A stretch of DNA of 64,000 nucleotides, from the NCBI GenBank assembly GCA_030690945.1, contig JAUYFM010000049.1, forward strand, positions 8,088-72,087, written 5' to 3'. The stretch comes from Smithellaceae bacterium. Lineage in GTDB: Bacteria; Desulfobacterota; Syntrophia; Syntrophales; Smithellaceae. The notes beneath the pieces are model-generated. The model saw only the letters and a list, made by a program, of their open reading frames with translations. It was not told the origin of the DNA and did not search any database. This document shows, piece by piece, positions 1 through 11,117 of this stretch; within the stretch, counting starts at the first letter, position 1; every line of letters starts with the position of its first letter. The position numbers and the translations under genes were made by a program.

Positions 1-127
1 ACTTTTAATTTCAATCTATTTCGTCTTCATGATCCAAAATTCACTTGATTAAATACTTTGTAAAGCGTATCGGAAATTCTACAAGCAATCCTGGAGAGAA
101 TGGAGGACAACACCTATCTATCGCCGA

Positions 128-1138
128 GTGACCTTATCACGTGTGTTACAAATCAGCGCGCTTTTGCTTTTATTGTTTGTCATACTTAGCCTTGCCGCGC
201 TTTGCCTCGGCGCGATCCATATCGCTTTCTCCGATGTGGTCAGGGCCATCGTGAGCGCGCTTTCCGGTAAAACGCCTGCGTCTGAAGAGGAACTGATTTT
301 ATTTTCCGTACGTCTGCCGCGAATTTTGTTTGCCGGAATTGTCGGTGCGTCTTTATCATTGGGCGGTGTGGTTTTTCAGGCGCTTTTGCGCAATCCGCTT
401 GCTGATCCTTACGTGCTGGGCATTTCCGGCGGGTCAGCGCTGGGGGCCATCATTGGAATTGTTCTCGGCGCGTCTTCCTTTTATCTGGGCGTGCCGTTTC
501 TGGCTTTCTCGGGCGCGCTGATTACCGTTTTTCTGGTTTTTATTGTAGCGGGCGGCCCCAGAGGTGTGCTGCTGGATAATTCGCTATTGCTGGCCGGCGT
601 GGTGGTTAACTCTTTTTTTTCCGCGGCGATTCTTTTTGCTCTGTCCATCGTCAACAGTATGGAGTTGCATAGTATCAGCTTCTGGTTGATGGGCGATCTT
701 TCCCGCGTGGCATTGAAAGAAATTGCCGTTGCCGCTTTATGCCTGGTTGCCTGCTTTGCAATTCTTTACATGCAGGCACGCAAACTTAATTTAATGGTGC
801 AAGGCGAAGAAACCGCTCTGCAGTTGGGCGTCAATGTCCGGGCAACAAAATATGTACTCCTGATTGTGACATCGCTCATTACGTCCGTGGTTGTTTCGCT
901 TGCGGGCATCATCGGCTTTGTCGGCATCATGGTGCCGCACATGATGCGTCTGGTGTTCGGCTCCGATCATCGATTGCTGATGCCTGCGGCGGCGCTCTTC
1001 GGCGCGTCTTTTCTGGTTGTGGCCGATACGCTGGCGCGCATTGTTATTACGCCCGCCGAGTTGCCGGTCGGCGTGATTACCGCACTCTGCGGCGCTCCCT
1101 ATTTTATTTTTCTCATGAGAAGGAAGGGCCGCGATTAA
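128..1138 (+). CDS. FecCD/BtuC-family ABC transporter permease (probably cobalamin)
   Basis: Hydrophobic 336 aa with RLPR, LLRNPLADPYVLGISGG and GIIGFVGIMVPH motifs; upstream of a B12 riboswitch and a TonB receptor. Confidence 0.9.
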   Translation: MTLSRVLQISALLLLLFVILSLAALCLGAIHIAFSDVVRAIVSALSGKTPASEEELILFSVRLPRILFAGIVGASLSLGGVVFQALLRNPLADPYVLGISGGSALGAIIGIVLGASSFYLGVPFLAFSGALITVFLVFIVAGGPRGVLLDNSLLLAGVVVNSFFSAAILFALSIVNSMELHSISFWLMGDLSRVALKEIAVAALCLVACFAILYMQARKLNLMVQGEETALQLGVNVRATKYVLLIVTSLITSVVVSLAGIIGFVGIMVPHMMRLVFGSDHRLLMPAAALFGASFLVVADTLARIVITPAELPVGVITALCGAPYFIFLMRRKGRD

Positions 1139-1914
1139 TGTCGATCCTTTACGCGCAAAACATTTCTTTTCGCTACACGAATAAACCCGTCATAACCGAT
1201 GTGTCGTTTGCTCTTGACGAGGCGCGGATCGTCGCGGTGATCGGACCCAACGGCTCCGGCAAAACCACGCTGCTCAAAATTCTCAACGCCACGCTTTTTC
1301 CAAATACCGGCCAGATGTTCATCGAAAGTCGGGACACGCAACATTGGTCGCGTCAGGAAATCGCCCGAACGGTGGCGATTGTTCCGCAGGAGTCTCCGGC
1401 GATTTTTTCATTCTTCGCGGAAGAAATTGTACTGATGGGACGGTTTCCTCATTTAAGTTCCTGGGCGTTTGAAGACAAGAAGGATTACCGGATCGCCCGT
1501 GAAGCGATGGCTAAAACGGATTCGCTGCCGTTTGCCCGCTGCCGTTTTAATGAACTCTCCGCCGGCGAAAGACAGCGTGTGCTGATTGCCCGCGCTCTGG
1601 CGCAGGAACCGAAAATTCTGCTTTTGGATGAAAGCACCGTTTTTCTGGATTTGAAACATCAGTCGCAGTTTCTGTCCTTGCTTCGCGAGCTTAACCGCGA
1701 GCAGCATTTGACCGTTATCTTTGTGACGCATGATGTCAATCTGGCCGCACAAAACGCCGATCAGATTCTTTTGCTTTACAACGGGAAAAAATATGCTATA
1801 GGGACTCCCGCGGACGTTCTTACCGCGCGAAACATAAAAGAGGTTTACGATGTCGACGTGGGGATCGATCAGAATCCCTATAACGGATCGACCCGTGTGA
1901 CATTATTGACCTGA
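1138..1914 (+). CDS. ABC transporter ATP-binding protein (BtuD/FepC type)
   Basis: Walker A GPNGSGKT, signature LSAGERQR, Walker B LLLDE; TAATG overlap with the permease. Confidence 0.92.
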   Translation: MSILYAQNISFRYTNKPVITDVSFALDEARIVAVIGPNGSGKTTLLKILNATLFPNTGQMFIESRDTQHWSRQEIARTVAIVPQESPAIFSFFAEEIVLMGRFPHLSSWAFEDKKDYRIAREAMAKTDSLPFARCRFNELSAGERQRVLIARALAQEPKILLLDESTVFLDLKHQSQFLSLLRELNREQHLTVIFVTHDVNLAAQNADQILLLYNGKKYAIGTPADVLTARNIKEVYDVDVGIDQNPYNGSTRVTLLT

Positions 1915-1920
1915 TTAGAT

Positions 1921-2180
1921 TGTCCACTGAAGGAAGCCGGTTAAAGTCCGGCGCTGCCCCGCAACTGTAAGCGGAACGAAATCCACATTTTATCTTTTGA
2001 TTTCAAAGGATAACGCGGCGGCAAGGAGGAGGCAACAAGGCGTATTAAATAATACGCTGAGGAAGCCGACGACGATGCCAACAAAGTTAGCCAAAGAAAG
2101 CAAAAGATATTAGCCACTGACGCATGACGTTGGGAAGGCGTGGAGAATAGGTCGCCGCAAGCCAGGAGACTTTATGGACA
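1921..2180 (+). ncRNA. Cobalamin riboswitch with a ~120-nt insertion
   Basis: AAGGAAGCCGGTTAAAGTCCGGCGCTGCCCCGCAACTGTAA core, then GCCACTG...TGGGAAGGC and B12 box AAGCCAGGAGAC; P1 TGTCCA/TGGACA; directly upstream of the btuB-like gene. Confidence 0.92.
1991..2109. mobile_element. Palindromic MITE/REP-like insertion inside the riboswitch
   Basis: Terminal IR TATCTTTTG/CAAAAGATA, inner arms GGATAAC/GTTAGCC, apical hairpin GCGTATTA-AA-TAATACGC. Confidence 0.65.
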
Positions 2181-2222
2181 GTTTCAATAAACCTTATTCC
2201 CGAGGGGGGAAGGAGAAGTTCC

Positions 2223-4286
2223 ATGAAGAAGTTCCTGCTTTTTGTTCTGTGGTTGTCTTTCATTTCTGCTTTATCAGCACATGCTCAAAACCAAAAAGAA
2301 GATGAACCTGTTAAAATGGGAGAGGTCGTGGTCACGGCCACACGCGATGCGCAGGAAGTCCGCAAAACACCTGCGAATGTCACCGTTATTACCGCCGAAG
2401 AAATAAGCCTGTCCGGTGCGACAACCGTTGTTGAGGTGCTCGAAAAGCTCGAAAGCATTCAGTTCCGGACTTACAGCGGCAATGCCTCACAAGCCATGAT
2501 CGACATGAGAGGGTTCGGCGGCGACAATCCTTACGGCAAAACCCTGGTGATGCTCGACGGTCGGCGGCTCAACCGGACGGATATGGCCTCGATCAACTGG
2601 CTGTCGATGCCGATCCATATGATTGAGCGAATCGAAATTATCCGGGGGCCGGGCAGCGTGCTTTACGGCGACGCAGCGATAGGCGGCGTGATCAACGTCA
2701 TCCCCAAAAAAGGCAAAAGCAAACCTGTCTTCAACGCCTCGGCGCTGGCCGGGAGCTACGGTCTGCACAACGAGCGGATTGGCGTTATCGGTGCGACGGA
2801 TAAATGGACATATGCCGTTACCGGTGAAAATAATTTCCTATCCGGGTACCGGGATCGTTCAAAATATTCGGCACAGGGCGGCGGCGTTGATGTGGGCTAT
2901 GCGGCTCACGATCTGTTCAACGTGTCGCTGGGCGTTTCCGTAAGCAGGGCGGATTATCAGTTGCCTGGCGCTCTCACCAAAGCCCAGATGCAGCAGGACC
3001 GCCGTCAATATCAGCCCGCCATGCCCCTGTATTGGATGAACGCCAATGATGACAACGATGGCCGCGACAAACACACCAACATCAATCTGGGTGTAAAATC
3101 CTTCTGGGGACCCTTCGGACAGATGGAAGTGAACGTCACGTATGGCCGGAAAGATCTGCAAAGCAATTGGCCGTCCTGGTATTCCTATAAATATTCTGAT
3201 ACGAAAGCAGATACTTACGGTATTTCGCCGAAATATATCCTGGACAAAGAAATTTTCGGATTTCACAACAAGGTCGTCGTTGGTGTGGACTATTATAACG
3301 AACCTTACAAAAAGGATATTTTCAACGACCGGGAAAGAACCTATCAATTAAGCGCGGCGAATTTTACGCGGGAAAGCCTCGGATACTACATACGGGATGA
3401 ATTCAGTCTTCTGAAAAGCCTGACTTTGAGCGCCGGTTGCCGATTCGAACAGATGAAGATTAAAGGGATGAACGTCGATTTCTCCATGCCCTCCAACAGC
3501 TTTGACAATGAAAAAAATTTCAGTGCCGGATCTTATGAGGCGGGACTTACCTGGCTTTGGGGAAAAAAATCAAAATCCTTTATCAAATACGCAACCATTT
3601 ACCGCGTCCCCTTCCTGGATGAAATTGCGTCATTTAACGGGTTTGGCGGGTCGTTTCTCACCACGCTGGAGCAGGAAAAAGGAACCAGCCTGGAAGTGGG
3701 CGCGGAATACTATCCCCTGGAAAATCTCAAGCTGGGGATAACGCTGTTCCGTATCGACATGCAGGATGAAATCGAATACGTCTATACGTCATTGTATACA
3801 GGCTATAATCAAAATGTCGGCAAGACGCGCCACGACGGCGCGGAAATTTCCGCTTCCTACTTGTGGCAGAAGTATCTCAAAGTTTACGGCAATTTAACCT
3901 ATCACAAAGCGACTTTTGAAAACGGCATCAACGAAAAGAAAGAAATGCCAATGGTGCCCAATCGCATTGTTAACGCCGGTCTGGAAATCTACCTGCCCTA
4001 TAATGTGACGCTCAAGCCGGAAATTCGGCACGTGGGCGAAGCGTATTTGTCCGGCGACAACAACAACAATGCCGAGAAACTTGAATCATTCACGCTTCTG
4101 AATGTCTATGTGCATTATAAACCAACTTTCGGCAGGCTGAATCTGACTGTATTTGCGGGTGTTGAAAATCTCACCGATACAATGTATTCGTCTTTTGGTA
4201 TCGATTACGCCCAGTATGGGATGGACAATTTCTACTACCCTATGCCGGGGAGAACCTTCAAAACCGGCATTTCTTTTGAGTTTTAA
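2223..4286 (+). CDS. btuB: TonB-dependent receptor, BtuB-like
   Basis: Signal peptide, TonB box EVVVTATR, plug motif IERIEIIRGPGSVLYG, C-terminal Phe; B12 riboswitch upstream. Confidence 0.85.
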   Translation: MKKFLLFVLWLSFISALSAHAQNQKEDEPVKMGEVVVTATRDAQEVRKTPANVTVITAEEISLSGATTVVEVLEKLESIQFRTYSGNASQAMIDMRGFGGDNPYGKTLVMLDGRRLNRTDMASINWLSMPIHMIERIEIIRGPGSVLYGDAAIGGVINVIPKKGKSKPVFNASALAGSYGLHNERIGVIGATDKWTYAVTGENNFLSGYRDRSKYSAQGGGVDVGYAAHDLFNVSLGVSVSRADYQLPGALTKAQMQQDRRQYQPAMPLYWMNANDDNDGRDKHTNINLGVKSFWGPFGQMEVNVTYGRKDLQSNWPSWYSYKYSDTKADTYGISPKYILDKEIFGFHNKVVVGVDYYNEPYKKDIFNDRERTYQLSAANFTRESLGYYIRDEFSLLKSLTLSAGCRFEQMKIKGMNVDFSMPSNSFDNEKNFSAGSYEAGLTWLWGKKSKSFIKYATIYRVPFLDEIASFNGFGGSFLTTLEQEKGTSLEVGAEYYPLENLKLGITLFRIDMQDEIEYVYTSLYTGYNQNVGKTRHDGAEISASYLWQKYLKVYGNLTYHKATFENGINEKKEMPMVPNRIVNAGLEIYLPYNVTLKPEIRHVGEAYLSGDNNNNAEKLESFTLLNVYVHYKPTFGRLNLTVFAGVENLTDTMYSSFGIDYAQYGMDNFYYPMPGRTFKTGISFEF

Positions 4287-4287
4287 A

Positions 4288-4329
4288 ATTCATGCGTGAC
4301 AGCGCCTTTGTGCCATGCCATGCATGAAT
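4288..4329 (+). terminator. Hairpin after btuB, possible terminator
   Basis: ATTCATGC...GCATGAAT inverted repeat followed by a T-rich tract. Confidence 0.4.
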
Positions 4330-4359
4330 CGGGTTTTATTACGGAGTTCATGTGATTGA

Positions 4360-6131
<1,772 letters not shown>

Positions 6132-6217
6132 ATTAAAGGTCAAATGACGTGTGTATTTATATGATGTCTCGCATACCTATGGAAAACGAAGCCGGTATGT
6201 ATAGCGGCGGCGCTTTT

Positions 6218-7060
6218 CTAGTGGCTGGTTTTTCTGCGAGAGAGCGTCAGTAAAACACCGCCCAGTCCAAAGGTAATGGCAAAAACTTTTATCAGCGTCC
6301 CAATATAGAAGGGTATCCAGCCTAGAAGCCATAGCAAACCCAAGCCCACCAATGTCTCTTTAACCATTGATTTCTTATGTCCTTGAAATAATTTGGTGAT
6401 GATAAAATTACCCAAGAGTGAACTAAACGCGATGAAACCGATAATAGCCGCCAGAAGGAGAGCTGTAAACGCCAGCGGCATTAAAAAAATACCGATAATG
6501 GATATGGCCAGCAGCATAAAAAAGGGTACAATCATCAGCGTCGCCAGAAAACCCCATAAAAAAGATTTTATCTTGTTTGTTTGAATGGCATCGGCAATAG
6601 CGGCCAATGACCGGGGAATCAGCAATGCCATGATCAGCGCGATAATCAGGATAATGGCGAAAAAACACAGAGAAATAACATTTAAGATTAATGACCAGCC
6701 TTCCGATTCACCCCGCAGGGCGGAGGCAATGGATGATGACAGGGTGGATGAGTTTATTTCCGTAATATCGCCGAAAATCATAGAACCACTACCCTTGGCT
6801 ACAACACCACCTATGACGATCACTTTGCCCCGAACAACGGCTTTATTGGTCAATACAACGGAGCCGGCAACGGCCAGAACATTTTGCTCAACAAGCCCGT
6901 TCACCGTGATCTGTCCGCCAACAGCAACAACGTTATCCACTTTTTGCCCTTCTGCTATGGTGATATCATGGCCTAGTTTAAAAATATTTTTTGCTTCGAC
7001 GGGTAGTGATAAAAACATTATAAATGTTATGGCGATGATGGCAGTTAGTTTAAATCTCAT
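6218..7060 (-). CDS. Membrane protein with N-terminal bactofilin-like repeats
   Basis: Signal peptide, V/G-rich repeats (VVAVGGQITVNG, VLAVAGSV, VIVIGG), then several TM helices. Confidence 0.7.
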   Translation of the reverse strand: MRFKLTAIIAITFIMFLSLPVEAKNIFKLGHDITIAEGQKVDNVVAVGGQITVNGLVEQNVLAVAGSVVLTNKAVVRGKVIVIGGVVAKGSGSMIFGDITEINSSTLSSSIASALRGESEGWSLILNVISLCFFAIILIIALIMALLIPRSLAAIADAIQTNKIKSFLWGFLATLMIVPFFMLLAISIIGIFLMPLAFTALLLAAIIGFIAFSSLLGNFIITKLFQGHKKSMVKETLVGLGLLWLLGWIPFYIGTLIKVFAITFGLGGVLLTLSRRKTSH

Positions 7061-7063
7061 TAA

Positions 7064-7726
7064 TCAACCTTCCCCTGTTGCCTTTCGTCGGGCAATGAAT
7101 TTTTGACGGGCATATGCAATAAAACCCGGCATGACGGAAATAATAACGATGACAATGATCACGACTGTAAAATTGCTTTTAACTGTTGGTATATTACCGA
7201 AAAAATATCCGCCCAGCAGAAAAAGGCCAATCCACGCAATGCCGCCGGTGATATTAAATAATATGAATTTAGAATAACTCATGGCGCCGACACCGGCCAC
7301 GAAAGGAGCAAAGGTGCGGATAAACGGCATAAAACGGGCAATAATAATGGTTTTGCCACCGTGCTTTTCATAAAACTCATGCGTTTTCAGAAGATATTTC
7401 TTTTTAAAAAAACGGCTGTCTTCATAACTAAACACTTTCGGGCCGATATAATGTCCGATCGCATAGTTGACACTGTCCCCGGCGATGGCGGCAACGCAAA
7501 GTAAAATCAATAGCGCTTCAATATGCAACGCCCCCAGCGCGGCCAGCGCGCCCAGAGCAAAAAGCAGCGAATCCCCCGGGAGAACCGGCGTTACAACCAG
7601 GCCGGTTTCGCAAAAAATTACAATAAACACAATAACATAAACCCATACACCAAAGCCCTCAACGATCGCCGGCAGGTACTGATCGAGGTGGATAAAAAAA
7701 TCTATAAAATTGAGGATTATATCCAT
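7064..7726 (-). CDS. dedA: DedA family membrane protein
   Basis: FCETGLVVTPVLPGDSLLF, GDSVNY, ARFMPFIRTFAPFVAG. Confidence 0.93.
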   Translation of the reverse strand: MDIILNFIDFFIHLDQYLPAIVEGFGVWVYVIVFIVIFCETGLVVTPVLPGDSLLFALGALAALGALHIEALLILLCVAAIAGDSVNYAIGHYIGPKVFSYEDSRFFKKKYLLKTHEFYEKHGGKTIIIARFMPFIRTFAPFVAGVGAMSYSKFILFNITGGIAWIGLFLLGGYFFGNIPTVKSNFTVVIIVIVIISVMPGFIAYARQKFIARRKATGEG

Positions 7727-7848
7727 AATTATGTTATACTCCGATCAGGCAGAAGAATTTTAAAAATTACGCAAGATATCCTATATAGGGTTAATAGCAA
7801 GAGTGTCAATCTGAAAAAGATTATCTATAAGAAAGGGAGAGGACAAGC

Positions 7849-9354
7849 ATGAGAACAAAAAAAGATTACATCAAAGGACTTACAAAGATGAAGCGTAATT
7901 TGTACTTCGACGGCCAGCTTATCGACCGCGACGACGAATTACAGATGCGGTGTCTCAACACCATCGGCACGACCTACGACGAGGCGGAAAAACCGGAAAA
8001 TCAGGATTTAATGACGGCCATCTCGCATCTGACAGGTGAACGCATCAATCGGTTCACCCATGTTCATCAAAACAAAGAAGATCTGCACAAGAAGCAGGAT
8101 ATGACGCGCATGCTCTGTCAGAAGGTTGGCGGCTGCATCCAGCGCTGCATGGGCATCGACGCCACCAATGCCATCTACAATGTCTCTTTTGAAGCCGACA
8201 AGATGAATAACGGAGCGACACAATATCACGAGAATTTCAAAAAGTGGCTGACCCGCTTCCAGACGGAAGATCTGATCGGCTGCTGCGCTCAGACGGATGT
8301 GAAGGGCGACCGGATGCTACGTCCTGCGGACCAACCTAATCCAGGCTCCTACGTATACATCAAGGAACGGCTAAAGGACGGCATCGTTGTGGAAGGCTGT
8401 AAGGTCCATATCTCCGAAGCCTCTGTGGCGGATGAAGTTCTGGTCGTACCCACCCGCGCCCTGCGCCCTGAAGATAAGGACTATGCGGTAGCCTTTGCAA
8501 TTCCCGGCGACTGGGATGGTCTCAAACAGGTCGTAACCATCCATTCCCTGCGGGAACGGGAACATTACCAGCGCGGTTTTATGCCGGGATCTACGGACTC
8601 TTATATGATCTTTGAAAATTGTTTTATTCCCTGGGAGCGAGTCTTTCTGGCCGGGGAATGGCAGCATGGCGGAGTCAATGCCCTTCTTTTTGCACTGTTT
8701 CACCGACATTCCTATTCCGGTTGCAAACCCGCTATCGGTGACGTTATCCTTGGCGCGGCAGCTCTGGCCGCCGAAGTAAACAATATCCACAAGGAATCGC
8801 ATGTCAGGGAAAAACTGGCGGAAATCATTATGGTTACAGAGCTGGGCTATGCCGCCGGTTATACGGCATCCGATCTGGGCGGCCCTCAGGTTTTCATGCC
8901 CGGCAAAGGCTTTGTCCCTTATGGCCCAGGAAGTTTTATTCCCCATTCGATTTACTGCAATGTCGGCCGCTGTCTCTCGGGTGAATCGGTCTGGCGTGAA
9001 TCAGAGATTCTCTGCGATATCTCCGGTGGCGTTACGGCGACTTTCCCGCACGAGAAAGACTTTATGAATTCCGAAACGGGTGACCTGCTGCTCAAATACA
9101 CAAAACGCAATCCCAATATGTCTTCCGAAGATCAGGCACAATTCTGGCGCTATCTCGGCGATTCGCTGTGTTCGGCAACCGGCGGTATTCGCAACATCGG
9201 CGCTTATCATGGCGGCGGTTCGCCGATTATGGAGCAGATTGCCATTACCACACAATACGATATCGAATCGCGGAAGAAGCTGGTCAAATACATGGCTGGT
9301 ATGAGCGGAGGCGATCGCGAGGCACTCAGCAAAAATTTTACTAAAACAAAATAA
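7849..9354 (+). CDS. 4-hydroxybutyryl-CoA dehydratase/vinylacetyl-CoA isomerase-like (HpaB/AbfD family)
   Basis: CIQRC and HRHSYSGCK (the three Cys plus His Fe-S ligands of AbfD), QTDVKGDR, HGGGSP. Confidence 0.85.
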   Translation: MRTKKDYIKGLTKMKRNLYFDGQLIDRDDELQMRCLNTIGTTYDEAEKPENQDLMTAISHLTGERINRFTHVHQNKEDLHKKQDMTRMLCQKVGGCIQRCMGIDATNAIYNVSFEADKMNNGATQYHENFKKWLTRFQTEDLIGCCAQTDVKGDRMLRPADQPNPGSYVYIKERLKDGIVVEGCKVHISEASVADEVLVVPTRALRPEDKDYAVAFAIPGDWDGLKQVVTIHSLREREHYQRGFMPGSTDSYMIFENCFIPWERVFLAGEWQHGGVNALLFALFHRHSYSGCKPAIGDVILGAAALAAEVNNIHKESHVREKLAEIIMVTELGYAAGYTASDLGGPQVFMPGKGFVPYGPGSFIPHSIYCNVGRCLSGESVWRESEILCDISGGVTATFPHEKDFMNSETGDLLLKYTKRNPNMSSEDQAQFWRYLGDSLCSATGGIRNIGAYHGGGSPIMEQIAITTQYDIESRKKLVKYMAGMSGGDREALSKNFTKTK

Positions 9355-9368
9355 TTCCATCCAACCCG

Positions 9369-9393
9369 GGTGCGGCAGTCTAACTGCCGCACC
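9369..9393. terminator. Hairpin between convergent genes
   Basis: GGTGCGGCAG-TCTAA-CTGCCGCACC perfect 10-bp stem. Confidence 0.6.
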
Positions 9394-9397
9394 TAAA

Positions 9398-9884
9398 TTA
9401 GAAATAGTACGCCATAAAAGTAACCCGGAAAACAAGCTGGGGGAATTTTTTGCTCTCCACTTCTTCAAATCCCAGCTTTTCATACCAATCGCGCAATTCC
9501 TGATGATCATCGATAATTCCGATTTCCACGCGATGGGCATCAAGAAGCCGGGCGGTTGATAAGACTTGCTTCACCAGCGCTTCGCCAAATCCCCCGCCGG
9601 CGCTGCCCAGGCAAAACCGCCAACCGTTCCAGATAACACACTTCATCATTTATTTGCTCCAGAGCAACACATCCCACCGGTTGCCCTTCATTTTCCAGAA
9701 TATAGAAGATGACGCCGCGATTCAACTCGCGCAGCAGCCATTCGGCGCGGCAATTGAAGGGATGGGTCGTGCTATTTTACAAAGTCAGTCCGAAGCGTTC
9801 AGCAACATCCTGAAAAGCGTTTTGAATCATATCGACCAGGACATCGATGTCCGCCTTAGTGCCGAGACGAATCTGATATGCCAT
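9398..9884 (-). pseudogene. GNAT acetyltransferase pseudogene
   Basis: ATG 9884 with GAGGT RBS reads MAYQIRLGTKADIDVLVDM...; in-frame TAA at 9777-9779; frameshift near 9591 in the QRRRG/GFG acetyl-CoA motif; C-terminus WYEKLGF lies in another frame. Confidence 0.85.
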
Positions 9885-9973
9885 TGTTCAACCTCGATCT
9901 TAGGGTACAGCAAAGATCCCCAAAATACTGGATTCCAGTTAAAGCCCGGATTGACTGAGGCATCGGGATGGTG

Positions 9974-10712
9974 CTAGTCTTCATAAGGTCCGAGGAAACG
10001 CTCACCATTAAAGTGGATCAAGTGTGTTGGAGACTCGTACCAAGTTGCATTCAAAGGGTAACAAATCAATGTAGTCCGAACCTTTAGGTTCGCGTGTTTA
10101 ACGGGTCTAAAGACCCATACTACTGTTGACTTTTGACGGCGACTTGGTATCGGCAATCCAGACCTCTGTTTCCCATGAAATATCGTTTAAATATTTCAGC
10201 ATGGCGTGCCGATCCATAAAGGCTGTCACAAAAACCAATCCGGCTGACGATCCGGCAAATAATTTCTTTAATTCCTGCCGTCGCTTTGGATTGACCGGCC
10301 TATGACTGGTCACTGCTTCAATCAGCACCAGCCAGTTTTTCTCAATATAATGCACAACAACATCCGGCATCTTGCCGTGTTCTTCTATTATGACACCAAG
10401 CGCCGCCAGTTTCACAGCATCGTAATAAGCCCATTTTGAGTGTGTATCTCCGACATAGATTAGATTGCCACCGGGCGTGAATAGCGCACACAAATCTTTG
10501 AGGATTTTCTTTATTAGAATATTCTGCCCGCCTGGAGAAAGCTTGATTTTCTGACCTTCTGCAAGCTGGACGGGCAATCTCTGCATCTCCCTATTTTTGT
10601 TTATTGCTTTTACCACCGTCCGTGCACTTCCTTTTAGTTCAGAATACTGGCATGATTCAAATCTCTGTTTGATTGCTGAAATGTTAGCTGGATCAGAATT
10701 AACATAAATCAA
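9974..10712 (-). pseudogene. BsuBI/PstI-family type II restriction endonuclease C-terminal remnant, interrupted by a MITE
   Basis: [34 protein letters not shown], then [18 protein letters not shown] in a separate frame; the N-terminal half is missing. Confidence 0.85.
10038..10149. mobile_element. 112-bp MITE with 3-bp target duplication (TCG)
   Basis: Terminal IR TACCAAGTTGC/GCGACTTGGTA; TCG at 10035-10037 and 10150-10152; removal restores WIAESPTH in frame. Confidence 0.88.
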
Positions 10713-10750
10713 CCTAACACTGCAACCAATTCAGCAATTACCTTCATTCT

Positions 10751-10867
10751 TATTCCCGTTCGGTAATCATATCACCCCTGCCAGCTATATTTTCAGTAAT
10801 ATGCCCGATCGGTAATATTTTACTTGACAGAAAGCTTTTGTATATCTATTATACCCGAACGGTAATA
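10751..10867 (+). promoter_or_regulatory. hipBA promoter with three HipB-type operators
   Basis: TATNCCCGNNCGGTAAT at 10751, 10800 and 10850; TTGACA 10824-10829, 17 bp spacer, TATTAT 10847-10852. Confidence 0.85.
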
Positions 10868-10894
10868 ATATATTAGAGGTTAAAGGAGGCATAC

Positions 10895-11116
10895 TTGAAG
10901 CAAGAAGCAACATCAAGCGCAGATATCGGAAACATGATCAGGGAGAAACGAAAGGCGGATGGACTAACCGTCGCGCAGGCCGCAGCACTTTGCAATGTCG
11001 GTTACCGCTTTCTTTCCAATCTCGAAAATGGAAAACCGACAGCACATATCGGTAAAGTGCTCCAGGTGTTAACTGGTTTGGGCCTCGAAATAACAATCAA
11101 ACCAAGAGGCTGGTAA
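10895..11116 (+). CDS. hipB: HipB-like XRE HTH antitoxin
   Basis: 73 aa HTH (LTVAQAAALCNVGYRFLSNLENGKPT); AGGAGG RBS with TTG start; 1 bp before hipA. Confidence 0.88.
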   Translation: MKQEATSSADIGNMIREKRKADGLTVAQAAALCNVGYRFLSNLENGKPTAHIGKVLQVLTGLGLEITIKPRGW

Positions 11117-11117
11117 A

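Noticed and set aside
9654-9977. 107-aa plus-strand ORF
   Set aside because: Antisense to the GNAT pseudogene
10751-10867. Regularly spaced repeats as a mini-CRISPR
   Set aside because: Only 17 bp and three copies, overlapping a promoter, with no cas genes; better explained as HipB operators
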